In this document: positions 12,733 to 23,899 of the stretch, in pieces | Position numbering within the stretch: the first letter of the stretch is position 1 | Layout of the letters: the number at the start of each line of letters is the position of its first letter | NCBI RefSeq assembly: GCF_006345805.1 | Contig: NW_021835966.1 | Span: forward strand, 1 to 64,000 | Direction: 5' to 3' | Length of the DNA: 64,000 bases | Source: Octopus sinensis | Taxonomy: Eukaryota | The notes under the pieces: generated by a model | The model's input: only the letters and a program-made list of their open reading frames with translations | What the model was told of the DNA's origin: nothing | Databases searched by the model: none | Program-made: the position numbers and the translations under genes

Positions 12733-13559
12733 TATGTATATATATATCTGTATCTATGTATGTATACATGCAGATTTGTATGTTTTCCTTTATGTATTTA
12801 ATCTCATGCATATACTTGCATATCTACACATGCTCGTGTGTAGATATATGATAAAGGATAACTTTTGAAAAGTCTCACACATGTTTACAGTTCCAATGAT
12901 AGACAGAAATCTGTAGTCTTCGAATCAACTTTTTCCTTTCTGGTTTTCAGAAGCCTAATTTGTCAAGATTGGTATTTAGACGGTGCGTTACATACCCCAG
13001 TGCCTCAATAATTACAGGTATAAATCAGAACTGAACTTGTAATCTGGATAGAGTAAGTGCAAATTTCTCAATTTTTCAGCTTATGTGTTCTCTATGTCAC
13101 TGATCTTCAGCTTTATGTTAACATCCGATGGGCAGCAATTTTCACAATTCTACACAGTTTCTATATTCTATTACAAATCATTATATAAGGTCTACTGGAT
13201 TTACATTTTATTGAGGCTTTCACTGGGTCATTCCACCAACATTCATTTTTATTATGAGGCTATGGCTTCTACCATACTGAGATTTCTTATTTCTTTTTCC
13301 TCAGGGTTATCCTTTCGACGGAACTCATTATATAGTGTCCTAGCTACAACATCAGGTCACATCAGTGTATGTATGTATGCATGTATGTCTCTTTTATATT
13401 TAAACCCCAAAATTCTTCCTCCGAAAAAAGAGCTGGTTTATAACAAAGATTCAAAATTCCATTTTAAAAATGAGAAAGGCCTGGCATAGTTTCACTGTTC
13501 CGCTTAGAATTTGTATCTGTAATGTGCGATTCATTTGGTTGGTCTATCAATCAATCAAT

Positions 13560-13750
<191 letters not shown>

Positions 13751-14465
13751 TATATGTGTGTAATATACATATTTTATATTTTCATACATATATATATTCG
13801 TAACTATCTCTATACACATTATCTTAATACCTTTATTGTAGATTCGTTCACAAATATTTCCATCGCAGTTTGGAAGATGTTCACACAAGGAACAGGAAAA
13901 TTGCTTTGAGACAAATATATCGATCTGTTCATCTACATTGCTATGCATCGATAACAGGAGCGAAGGTGACTGAAAAAGAAAGAGACAGAAACACAGAGGT
14001 GGAGAAAATGATTGAATATTATTAGTTTTCTGTCATAATTTTTATTCAAAATGTAAATGGAAAAAGTCGTAACTGGATAGTGATATAAAAATGTTTTGTT
14101 GATGCGGGAATAGATTACATTGCGTAAGAGATAAGTGATTTCAAATAATTATTACTTTTAAGAGTCATGTGCACTTACGGAAAGGGACATTACCCAATGA
14201 TGTATGACATGACACGCTGATAGATTCTGATGGCATTCGACAACCACAAAATGTCGTTGCAAACTACCGATGTGTGTGTGTGCACGCTTGCGTGTCTGTA
14301 TATACACACATACAGACACTTACATATATATATATATATAAATATATATATATTCATAAATACATACACGCATATATATATATTTATATATGCATAAATA
14401 CACACACCACACGCACACATATATATTATATATATATATTATATATAAATGCACATACATATGTA

Positions 14466-14538
<73 letters not shown>

Positions 14539-14749
14539 ATAATTGGGAATGGTCATATTTTGTCAACTAAACACACGGCCTATATATTTGTTTTCACTGC
14601 AGCTTTATTATCATTATTTAATTTTCTTTTTGGCACAGAACATTCGTCACACATCTAGTGATCTCTTCAACGACTCTTTATCCTATGTATCTCTCCTCTT
14701 GTTCTGTCTATTCTATTTTGTATTTCTCTTGCAAAACAAGTACATAAGC

Positions 14750-14797
<48 letters not shown>

Positions 14798-14808
14798 TAT
14801 ATATATAG

Positions 14809-14840
<32 letters not shown>

Positions 14841-14919
14841 ATAAATGCACATGTATATATATGTTGATATGATATAAAAGTCGATATGCATAACATATGA
14901 TGTTATATGTATCTAGATT

Positions 14920-15135
14920 CTACTGAAGAAACAAGAGAAATTGAAAGGAAAAATCATTTACATTTCGAGCGTAAGCTCTTTTTCTAAAATAGAGGAGAGA
15001 AAAAATGGAGAAAGAGAACACAAATCTATATAACAGGGACGGCATGCATAAGTGAAGGTCTTATTTGAAAAGGAGATCGCCGTAAATGTGATTGGCAACG
15101 AGGGTAACTCTGATTCTGGTATATGTGCGGGTAAA
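14920..15135 (-). mobile_element. PLE pLTR-like cassette, decayed hammerhead-like motif at 14955-14990
   Basis: Minus strand AAGAGC-TTAC-GCTC-GAAATGTAAATG: stem II and GAAA kept, CUGANGA lost. Confidence 0.45.
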
Positions 15136-15431
15136 TACACGCGTGTGTATATGTAGCTTATGGATGCTTATGTGTTCTGTGTGTTTTTGCGTGTGTTTAT
15201 GTGTGTGTGCATGTGTGTGCATGAGGCTCTCTGGCATATGCCTGTGCGTGGTCGTATATGCGTATGAAGCTAATGAGTTCGTTTGTACTATGTATGCTTT
15301 TCTTTATGTACTATATGTGATTGTGTATACTTATATGCATGTATGCGTTTGTGTGTGTTGTGGGTTGTATATGGCTGTTTTATATATATATATATATATA
15401 ATATATATATATATATAATATATATATAATA

Positions 15432-15820
15432 TACTCTCTCTTTACTCTCTCTTTTACTTGTTTCAGTCATTTGACTGCGGCCATGCTGGAGCACCGCCTT
15501 AGTCGAGCAACTCGACCCCAGGACTTATTCTTTTGTAAGCCAAGTACTTATTCTATCGGTCTCTTTTGCCGAACCGCTAAGTGACGGGGAGGTAAACACA
15601 CCATCATCGGTTGTCAAGCAATGCTTGGGGGACAAACACAGACACACACACATACATATATATATATACATATATACGACGTCTACCAAATCCACTCACA
15701 AAGCATTGGTCGACCCGGGGCTATAGCAGAAGACACTTGCCCAAGATGCCACGCGGTGGGACTGAACCCGGAACCATGTGGTTGGTTAGCAAGCTACTTA
15801 CCACAGAGCCACTCCCGCGT
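15432..15820 (-). mobile_element. SINE family B with internal deletion
   Basis: Reverse complement of family B, lacking GGGCTTCTTTCAGTTTCC. Confidence 0.9.
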
Positions 15821-15833
15821 ATACATACATACA

Positions 15834-16145
15834 TACATATTAGAGGGAAACCACTACGTGGACACCCTTATGGTAGAAATAGATCCGTTGTTGCTTTTTC
15901 TTTTGTCGTGCTCGATTACGTTTTGGTTGTTTTGCTAACTTTTTCTTGAGAACGTTTCTTTGTAGTAAGACCATAGCGGATCTATTTCTAGTATAAGGGT
16001 GTCCACATAGTGGTTTCCCTCTAATATGTATATAATACAATTTTACTGAACCTTCAGTTTTTTTTATATGGTAGACCACTTGTGTGAAATTGATGTTAAT
16101 TAAATTAATATCTAAATTCTCACCCTCATTAAAATTTAATTATAT
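15834..16145. mobile_element. Palindrome-plus-leader element (family Q), copy 1
   Basis: ~54-bp inverted arms 15834-15887 and 15977-16030; leader to ~16145 is homologous (inverted) to 62990-63098. Confidence 0.8.
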
Positions 16146-16149
16146 ACAA

Positions 16150-16520
16150 TGTGCTATCGGGACACCAACACAAATTAGACTAAACAAAGAAACATTCTTC
16201 ATTGAAAAATACAAGCCCAAAATTAACCATTCCAACATACTTTTACAGAGAAATTCACTCCAAAAGAAAGGAAAAAAAATTTAAGCGATTATCTCCCTTA
16301 CACCGGAAGAAATCACTTATTACCTCCCCTTATCTAGAACTCTTCTCAACATAAACATAACGATAACTCTTCTCAACGTAAACATAACGACGTAAGAAAT
16401 TTGAAAAGCTGAACGCGAAACCGGTCATTTCTTCTAAACTATGTCATTGTAAGAAAAAAATTTATAACATTCTTCAGACATATTGACTCAAATATATATT
16501 TTTTAACCTTTTAAAACAAG
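16150..16520 (+). mobile_element. PLE 3' remnant: GIY-YIG C-terminus plus pLTR with hammerhead
   Basis: ORF-track peptide RLNKETFFIEKYKPKIN fits the GIY-YIG terminal RxxxExxxIxxxxPxLN motif; 27-bp tandem duplication 16338-16390; hammerhead 16394-16433; then (TA)n. Confidence 0.6.
16394..16433 (+). ncRNA. Minimal type I hammerhead ribozyme candidate, U3-A8 variant
   Basis: AAGAAAU / UUGAAAA / GC-UGAAC-GC / GAAA / CCGG / UC / AUUUCUU: 7-bp stem I, 2-bp stem II, palindromic ACCGGU helix III, GUC cleavage triplet. Confidence 0.65.
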
Positions 16521-16546
16521 CCTTCTGTAGTTTTTTCACTTTTTAC

Positions 16547-16592
<46 letters not shown>

Positions 16593-17368
16593 CCTAATCA
16601 TTTGATTTAGGAAGAAACGAGACAAAAGAAAATGAGCGACGTGGTGGTGTTGCCGGTGGTGGGAGTGAAGAATGTATCACATACACACAAATACTAACAC
16701 ACACAGAACAACGCAAGCACACACATGATTACGTCATAATTGATTATGATGCAGGAATGGAATATGAAATTTTTTCTACTCTTTTTTCATATCTTTGACA
16801 CTTTCATGGATATTTTTCAACGATAGTTCCGTCTTTGTTGACGGCTCGAGTATTTAGTTTGATTAGACTATCGTTGGAAAGAAAAGCATACGGATTCTAC
16901 AAATCTTTAAAAGAATTCCAAATTCAAGACGTCGATGAAATAAGAACACGGACGGAAAGAGCCTAACACATGAAAACCGTTACGAAAAGTGAAGCCTGAA
17001 TTAATCTAATTGGTAATTGACAGGAGAAACCATTTTGGTATGTACTTAGATAGCTCTAACAATTCTAATATTGACAAACATCTTACACATCAGTTGTTAG
17101 AGACCTGTGACTTAGAATCAGAGACATGAGGTTTATCACATTATAAAAACTGTTGGGGACACAAACCACTCCCAGTGCTGGAAAAAAGCATCTCTCGCTC
17201 CTATGGAACTAGTTAGTTTAAACTGAGAGAAAGATAGATATAAATAAGCCATATATTATTTTGAAGGAGTTGAGAAGATAACCATGCCTCTTCATCTATA
17301 TGTCTCTCCCAATTATTATAAACGTATCTGACAAAACTACCAAAATCTTTCTATGTAAATAGAAAGTA

Positions 17369-17777
17369 GGATCTTTTCGGTTTGAAAGGCAGTTTTTTCT
17401 AGCGGTGTCATATGAAATTGTCACCCATAATTATGACCCTAGTATCGATCTATTGCATTTCAAAGTGTTTTAGGGTTAAGGGTGGGGGAAGGGTATCTTT
17501 TTTTCTTCACAAATGTAAATAAACCCAATCTGTTTCTTAAACGAGGGACATATTCATACGGTACAGAATGTTTTTACCTCAATCGACGTCAGTGATCGGT
17601 TGAAATTGCAGAAATTGAAGAAAAAAACAACAAGTATCTTACAAACTATAGAATTTTCTCAATAAAGCCAAGAGAAAAAGATGTTTTATAAACACATTCT
17701 ACCAGTATACGAAGTTTAAAATTTTCCAGTTACCTATAAATTATTTTAAAAACTGCCGTTTAAACCGCAAAATATCC
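17369..17777 (+). mobile_element. Non-autonomous TIR element (MULE-like MITE), copy 1
   Basis: ~29-bp TIRs GGATCTTTTCGGTTTGAAAGGCAGTTTTT / AAAAACTGCCGTTTAAACCGCAAAATATCC; homologous to 45370-45818; imperfect TSD GAAA-GTA / GAAAGGTA. Confidence 0.75.
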
Positions 17778-17953
17778 GAAAGGTAAAATAAAGGAGAGTT
17801 TTAAACGGCAAATGAAGGTTAGTGTGGCTAGATGAGGAAGGGATGAATCTGTATCGAAAAAAATGAATAGAAAATTTTTGTTAAAACCAACATATGATAC
17901 AATAGAAATAACGCAGTAGAATAAAAAAAACTAAGATAGAAAATATCACAGTA

Positions 17954-18373
17954 TACTCTTTACTCTTTTACTCTTTTACTTGTTTCAGTCATTTGACTGC
18001 GGCCATGCTGGAGCACCACCTTTAATCGAGCAGCTCGACCCCGGGACTTATTCTTTTGTAAGCCCAGTACTTATTCTATCGGTCTCTTTTGCCGAACCGC
18101 TAAGTAACGGGGACATAAACACACCAGCATCGGTTGTCAAGCAATGCTAGGGGGGACAAACACAGACACACAAACACACACACGCATATACATATATATA
18201 CATATATACGACGGGCTTCTTTCAGTTTCCGTCTACCAAATCCACTCACAAGGCATTGGTCGGCCCGAGGCTATAGCAGAAGACACTTTCCCAAGATGCC
18301 ACGCAGTGGGACTGAACCCGGAACCATGTGGTTGGTTAGCAAGCTACTTACCACACAGCCACTCCTGCGCCTA
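17954..18373 (-). mobile_element. SINE family B, full length
   Basis: Reverse complement of family B. Confidence 0.9.
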
Positions 18374-19166
18374 TATGAAAAAAAAAAAAGAAACATCATT
18401 AAGAGAATATGTCAACTTTGTCTTTCCCCTTTGTCTCTCTTGGTTTCGGTTTTTCTTTCGCTTAATTGTACTTTTGCTATTCTTCAAGGCACAATTATTC
18501 TTGACATCACACTAATTGCTTCATTTACGATTAAGTTAAAATATAAAAATGATTCATTTTTCATCATTTTTTTTTTCTTTTTCAATCGTTCTTGTTTCAA
18601 CTTTTATACATTTGTTTTTTGCTGTCTTAAATATTTATGTCTTCTTGTTTGTGTCTTTCACCTTCCAATTGTCCCCTTACCTTTCATCATTTTCTTTTGT
18701 CTCCAACGAACTGTTTTTATTCCACCATTTGTTTACACAGCCGTCGTATTTATATATTTAAATGCTAGACACATGTATATACATATGAGTGTGTGTATGT
18801 GTGTGGGCGTATGATGAAGATTGTCTGGTGTATGTTAGTGTTTCTATCCTTTTTATATAGCTGAAACCATGTAATTTATATAGGAAGAATATAAGTCCGT
18901 GGTCTGTAATTTTATATTGTATGAATTTTATTATTTCGTGCTTAACACATCTTCGTCAAGAAATATCCAGAGAAATTCTTTTGAGAGAAGACATTTGTGT
19001 TTTGTAGTTTATGTATATGAAGTCTGCATGGGGACTCGCACCCACAACCACTGTAGAAATATGTGTACAGGAGACATAGGTTCGAATATCAGTCAGTATT
19101 CACTGTTTTTCTGTCCAAGGAGGTTTTTCAAGTCAATATTCACATGGCATTATTTATAGCTTTATG

Positions 19167-19875
19167 AAGGCGGCGGGTTGGCAGAATGGTTAGCACACCG
19201 GGAAAATTGCTTAGCGACGAGCTGGCAGAACCGTTAGCACGTCGGGCAAAATGCTTAGCAGTATTTCGTCTGCCGCTACGTATTGAGTTCAAATTCCGCC
19301 GAGGTCAACTTTGCCTTTCATCCTTTCGGGGTCGATTAAATAAGTACCAGTTACTGGGGTTGATATAATCGGCTTAATCCGTTTGTCTGTCCTTGTTTGT
19401 CCCCCCTGTGTTTAGCTCCTTGTAGGTAGTAAAGAAATAAAGCATTTTGTCCGTCCTTACGTTCTGAGTTTAGATTTCGCCGAGTTCGACTTTGTATTTC
19501 ATCCTTTCCGGGTCGATAAATTAAGTACCAGTGAAACACAGGGGTCGATCTAATTGACTAATCCCCTCTCACCAAATTCAGGCCTTGTGCCTTTAGTAAA
19601 AGAGACAATTAAATAAGTACCAGTTACTGGGGTCGATATAATCGGCTTAATCCGTTTGTCTGTCCTTGTTTGTCCTCCCTGTGTTTAGGCCCTTGTGGGT
19701 AGTAAAGAAATAGGCATTTTGTCCGTCCTTACGTTCTGAGTTTAGATTTCGCCGAGTTCGACTTTGCATTTCATCCTTTCCGGGTCGATAAATTAAGAAC
19801 CAGTGAAACACAGGGGTCCTTCTAATTGACTAATCCCCTCTCACCACATTCAGGCTTGTGCTTTTAGTAAAAGAG
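19167..19875 (+). mobile_element. Composite SINE family A array with two alternating tail types
   Basis: Duplicated head, then [core + tail TAGCCCCTTGTGGGTAGTAAAG][core + tail CAGGCCTTGTGCCTTTAGTAAAAG] occurring twice. Confidence 0.85.
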
Positions 19876-20139
19876 GATTATTTATGGTTTCATATGCATC
19901 GTGCATTTCCATCAGCAAACTCATTAATTTCCACACTAAAATTTTATTTATAGCTGCCATTATTAAGAACTTTAATATAATTTGCGTAAATAGCGTATTC
20001 TTGGCAGCTAGTTCCATTAACAAATACCTGAGAGATTGGTAGAATTAGCTCACACTGCTAATATATTCTATATAATCAAATATACAGGGTGATTACAAAA
20101 GTTATTATACAAATAGGAAAATTTATTAAAATTGTAGTA

Positions 20140-20281
20140 TAAACTGGATACTACAGTTCTATATTTAAGCGATGTGGAATTATGTACATTATTTACATTA
20201 TTTATATTTGACAGATATTTGTCCTCATCTTGTTTGTTGTTAACACAATGTTTCGGCTGATATACCCACCAGCCTTCATAC
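20140..20281 (-). mobile_element. PLE pLTR-like cassette with truncated hammerhead motif
   Basis: Minus strand (..)ATGA-A-GGCTG-GTGGGTATAT-CAGCC-GAAAC-ATTGT: perfect 5-bp stem II; the 5' part of the core is missing next to the adjacent SINE. Confidence 0.5.
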
Positions 20282-20295
20282 TACATAATTATAAC

Positions 20296-20586
20296 GGGTC
20301 GGTGGTTTAAATTCACATTAATGACTCAACACTCGTGGGTTCGAGTCTCAGACCGGGCGATGTGTGTGTTTATGAGCGAAACACCTAAGTTCCACGCGGC
20401 TCCGAAGAAGGTAAAGGCGAACTTCTGCTGACTCTTTTGCCACAACTTTCTCTCATTCTTTTCTCCTGCATCCAGCAGCTTACCTGCAACGGACCGGCGT
20501 TCAATCCAGGTGGGGAAACCTATACGCCAAGTAAATCGGGAAACCGGCCCTAGGAGCCAGGCGTGGCTCGATAAGGAACAAACAAC
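20296..20586 (+). mobile_element. SINE family C (divergent head) with tail type 4
   Basis: GGGTTCGAGTCTCAGACCGGGCG...CTTTTGCCACAACTTTCTCTCA, then tail GGAAACCGGCCCTAGGAGCC...AACAAC; similar to 37073-37385 and 55815-56118. Confidence 0.75.
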
Positions 20587-21271
20587 ATTTATATTTGTTA
20601 AAACTACACTAGAAATTTACATACACTCATACACAAACATACACACATATACAGCACACACACGCACACGTATTTCAAATGAAGTTATTTTATTCTGTAC
20701 GGATATAAATATAGCAAAAACAGTTGGAAATACACTGGGATTGGTTTATATATTTTATTTTAAAATCTTTAAATCTGTGAAACCTGTTATGTCTTTAAAA
20801 ATCTAAACGAATCTCATAGCATTTTCAACTTCATATTTATATATGACTCTGTTTATATACACAATGGGCATATATATAATGCATTGAATATAATATACAC
20901 ATATACATGTGTACATGTGTACGTACGTATATAGATATGTATGCGTGACTCAGAAATAAACTAATATGGTTTCTTTATTGATTTTAAATGCTCTGGAACA
21001 AGTTATTCACATCAAAAGCAAAACAAAGGAATATAACAAACTAGATTGAAATTTCAGTGCAAATAATTTCAAATATATAAGTTACATTCTATCATAAATG
21101 GCGAGAAAATTTAATAAATTTAACAAAAGATACATTTGGTAAAGTGTATAGTTCATAATGAGTTTTTCGTTCTGTTAACAAAATGTTATTTATATTAATT
21201 ACATTAATGCTATTATAGAAATATTAAAATTACTAAGTCTCTCTAAAGGAGATTACGGCAGCGTTACTGGA

Positions 21272-21351
21272 AATTAATAGTTATCGCCATACTAATATGG
21301 CAGTCTTATAAATATAAGACTGCCATATTAGTATGGCGATAACTATTAATT
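21272..21351. repeat. Perfect 39-bp inverted repeat with a 2-nt loop
   Basis: AATTAATAGTTATCGCCATACTAATATGGCAGTCTTATA-AA-TATAAGACTGCCATATTAGTATGGCGATAACTATTAATT. Confidence 0.95.
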
Positions 21352-21683
21352 AATGCTATTGTTTGAAAATTCCAATGAATATTTGTCGTGTCTAGGAAAG
21401 GTCATTATGCAAATAAATTTTAAGTAAACACACGCACCGGTACAACACCCATTCATTATTATACCAACTAAGTTTTCAATGGTTTTTTAAAATATATTTA
21501 TTGAACAATCGATCAGTTATTACTTTTCTCTGTCAGTGTTATTTTGTAGCTATTCGTGACTTCATCAATTAAATACTCCCACACTTTAAGATCTGCTTTG
21601 AGTCTATCTGAGAACTAGTTTTATGCCTATGCGCATGCGTGTATGTGTGGGGGGATGTGACATCTCAAGACGGTTACAATACC

Positions 21684-21921
21684 TATTTCTTTACTACCCA
21701 CAAGGGGCTAAACACAGAGGGGACAAACAGGGACAGTAAAAACTGTCGATTAAGTCGATTACATCGACCCCAGTGCGTAACTGGTACTTAATTTATCGAC
21801 CCCGAAAGGATGAAAGGCAAAGTCGACCTCAGCGGAATTTGAACTCAGAACGTAACGGTAGACGAAATACGGCTACGCATTTCGCCCGGCCTGCTAACGT
21901 TTCTGCCAGCTCGCCACCTCA
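21684..21921 (-). mobile_element. SINE family A monomer with 14-bp TSD
   Basis: TSD ACGGTTACAATACC at 21670-21683 and 21922-21935. Confidence 0.95.
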
Positions 21922-22224
21922 ACGGTTACAATACCAGTGACTGTTGGAGTAGTTGGCATACCATTGCTGGCTTACCATCCATGGAGGAAGTGCAAAAGAT
22001 TGTCTTATTTTCCCTCTTTATTTAATTTTTAACTTTTTTATTTTTTATTTTTCCTTTTTCACTCTTCCCCTTTTTGTCTATCACATGACTTTATAAATGA
22101 ACAATCTGGTGTGTTTTTGTTTTAATGGCCTACCAATGTATACAGTACGTTCTCAGCCCTAGGTGTCAGCAAGACACTCAGCAAGAAATCGAAGCAAAAT
22201 TGAAAGATGCTAATGAAAATGGCA

Positions 22225-22238
22225 ACAACAACAACAAC

Positions 22239-22293
<55 letters not shown>

Positions 22294-22365
22294 GTAATAA
22301 TAATTAGAATAATAATAATAAAAAAATAATAATGATAATAATAATAATAAAAATAATAATAATAA
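22225..22365. repeat. (AAC)n(AAT)n microsatellite
   Basis: Direct reading. Confidence 0.95.
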
Positions 22366-22794
22366 TACAGATTTGCTTGTCATTTGTTTGACCTTATCCA
22401 GTTGAGCATGACCCTTAGTGGCTGACGATATGTGCATCTCTGATCACGAGCAGAAGTAGTTGGGGAGCATCATAGCCGTGTGTTGAAAGGAATTTTTAGA
22501 GGTTTGGAGAATTCACCTCTGGAAACATGGGTGTTTCCTTCAACATCCTTAAGCAATCCTTATTCAGGGACCTTTTGAGCAGGATAGGCTACTCGACTAG
22601 AAGAAAGTTCTAACTGGGCCCTACAGGCAAGCTCATGGGCTGTTTATCTTGATATGAGATACCATGGCGTGCACATATGGTTGTGATGCATGTGTCTGGT
22701 GTACCCTTATCTGACGGGTAGTCATGATGGGTATACTGGGCTTCGTATACTTTACCCCAGTGTCACTCTGACAGCATGCACTACTCTCTCACTC

Positions 22795-22796
<2 letters not shown>
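22366..22796 (+). mobile_element. (AAT)n-flanked non-coding element X
   Basis: ~430 bp ending CATGCACTACTCTCTCACTC(AAT)n; homologues at 27199-27453, 27531-27928 and 42121-42520, all touching (AAT)n. Confidence 0.8.
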
Positions 22797-22852
<56 letters not shown>

Positions 22853-23527
22853 TCAACAGGCATGATAGAGCTGCACAATATATTCACTGGGTAATTTGCA
22901 AAAACCTGGATTTGCCCATGAAAAAAACTGGTGGGAACACAATCCACCTCCAGTGCTTGAAAATGACCACATCTCACTCCTCTGGAACTTCACCATTCAA
23001 ACTGACAGAAAGATAGATGCAAATAGGCCAGACATCATAGTGAAAGACTTCAGACAAAGAACATGCCTCCTCATTGATATGACTGTCCCAATCGATATAA
23101 ACGTATTTGTCTAAACCTACCAAAAACTGAGCAAATATAAAGATCTTGAAATAGCAATCAGCAAAATGTGGAAGCTGAAGACTAAAACAATACCTGTTGT
23201 CATAGGTGCCCTGGGAATGATAGCGAAGGGGACTGATTGCTACCTAACTCAAATACATGGAAATCCCAAAATGGCAGAAATTCAAAAGATAGTGCTCATG
23301 GGAACTGCTCATATCCTATGTAAAATACTCTCTATGTAATTCCAAGGTTTAAAACAAAAGTTTTTTGTTTTTTTTACGTATTAGACATTCACTAGTACAA
23401 CACAAAAAACCCCAAATATATGGCACACTAGGCATAACAACGTGAACTTCCAACCTGTTGTCTCTTGAGGTCTCTGGGTGAGACTTGGAGCCAACTTGTA
23501 CAGACATAAAGCAAAAGTCAAACATAA

Positions 23528-23529
<2 letters not shown>
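22853..23529 (+). mobile_element. 5'-truncated R4/Dong-clade LINE 3' end (restriction-like endonuclease plus 3' UTR) inside (AAT)n
   Basis: RHDRAAQYIHWVICK, then (frameshift) LLWNFTIQTDRKIDANRPDIIVKD...LLIDMTVP...KLSKYKDL...IPVVIGALG, stop 23337-23339: RHD and PD..D..K motifs of RLE non-LTR elements; (AAT)n on both sides. Confidence 0.9.
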
Positions 23530-23594
<65 letters not shown>

Positions 23595-23899
23595 TAATAA
23601 TAATGTTTCATTTATTGGCCACCAGAGCCGACATATAGGAGACAATACAGCAGACATGAACTGAAGGGATTTTACACAAAACAACAAGTACACAATAAAA
23701 ATAATAAACTGGTTTAGTAGTTCGCTGGAAGCATTGTGTATTGCTTGTGAAATGTAACGTGTCAGGAATGGCACAACAATGCAGACTGGACTATAATAAC
23801 AGTTATGAATAATTTAATTATTCATATTCTAATATATTTCAGAATATAAAGATTCCTTCTTCAGATATTGCTAGCAATATCTTAAGACACGTTGCATTT

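Noticed and set aside
14636-14673. Minus-strand UUGAAGA-GAUCAC..GUGAC-GAAUGUUC hammerhead-like string
   Set aside because: GAAA is broken, stem II is bulged and stem I is unconvincing; possible decayed PLE motif but unsupported.
18134-18814. 226-aa ORF, the longest in the track
   Set aside because: First third is antisense SINE B and the rest is T-rich low-complexity sequence; the same N-terminal peptide recurs at each SINE B copy.
18826-18875. CTGGTGTA...GCTGAAACCATGTA hammerhead-like spacing
   Set aside because: Core has several changes and there is no stem I or II pairing.
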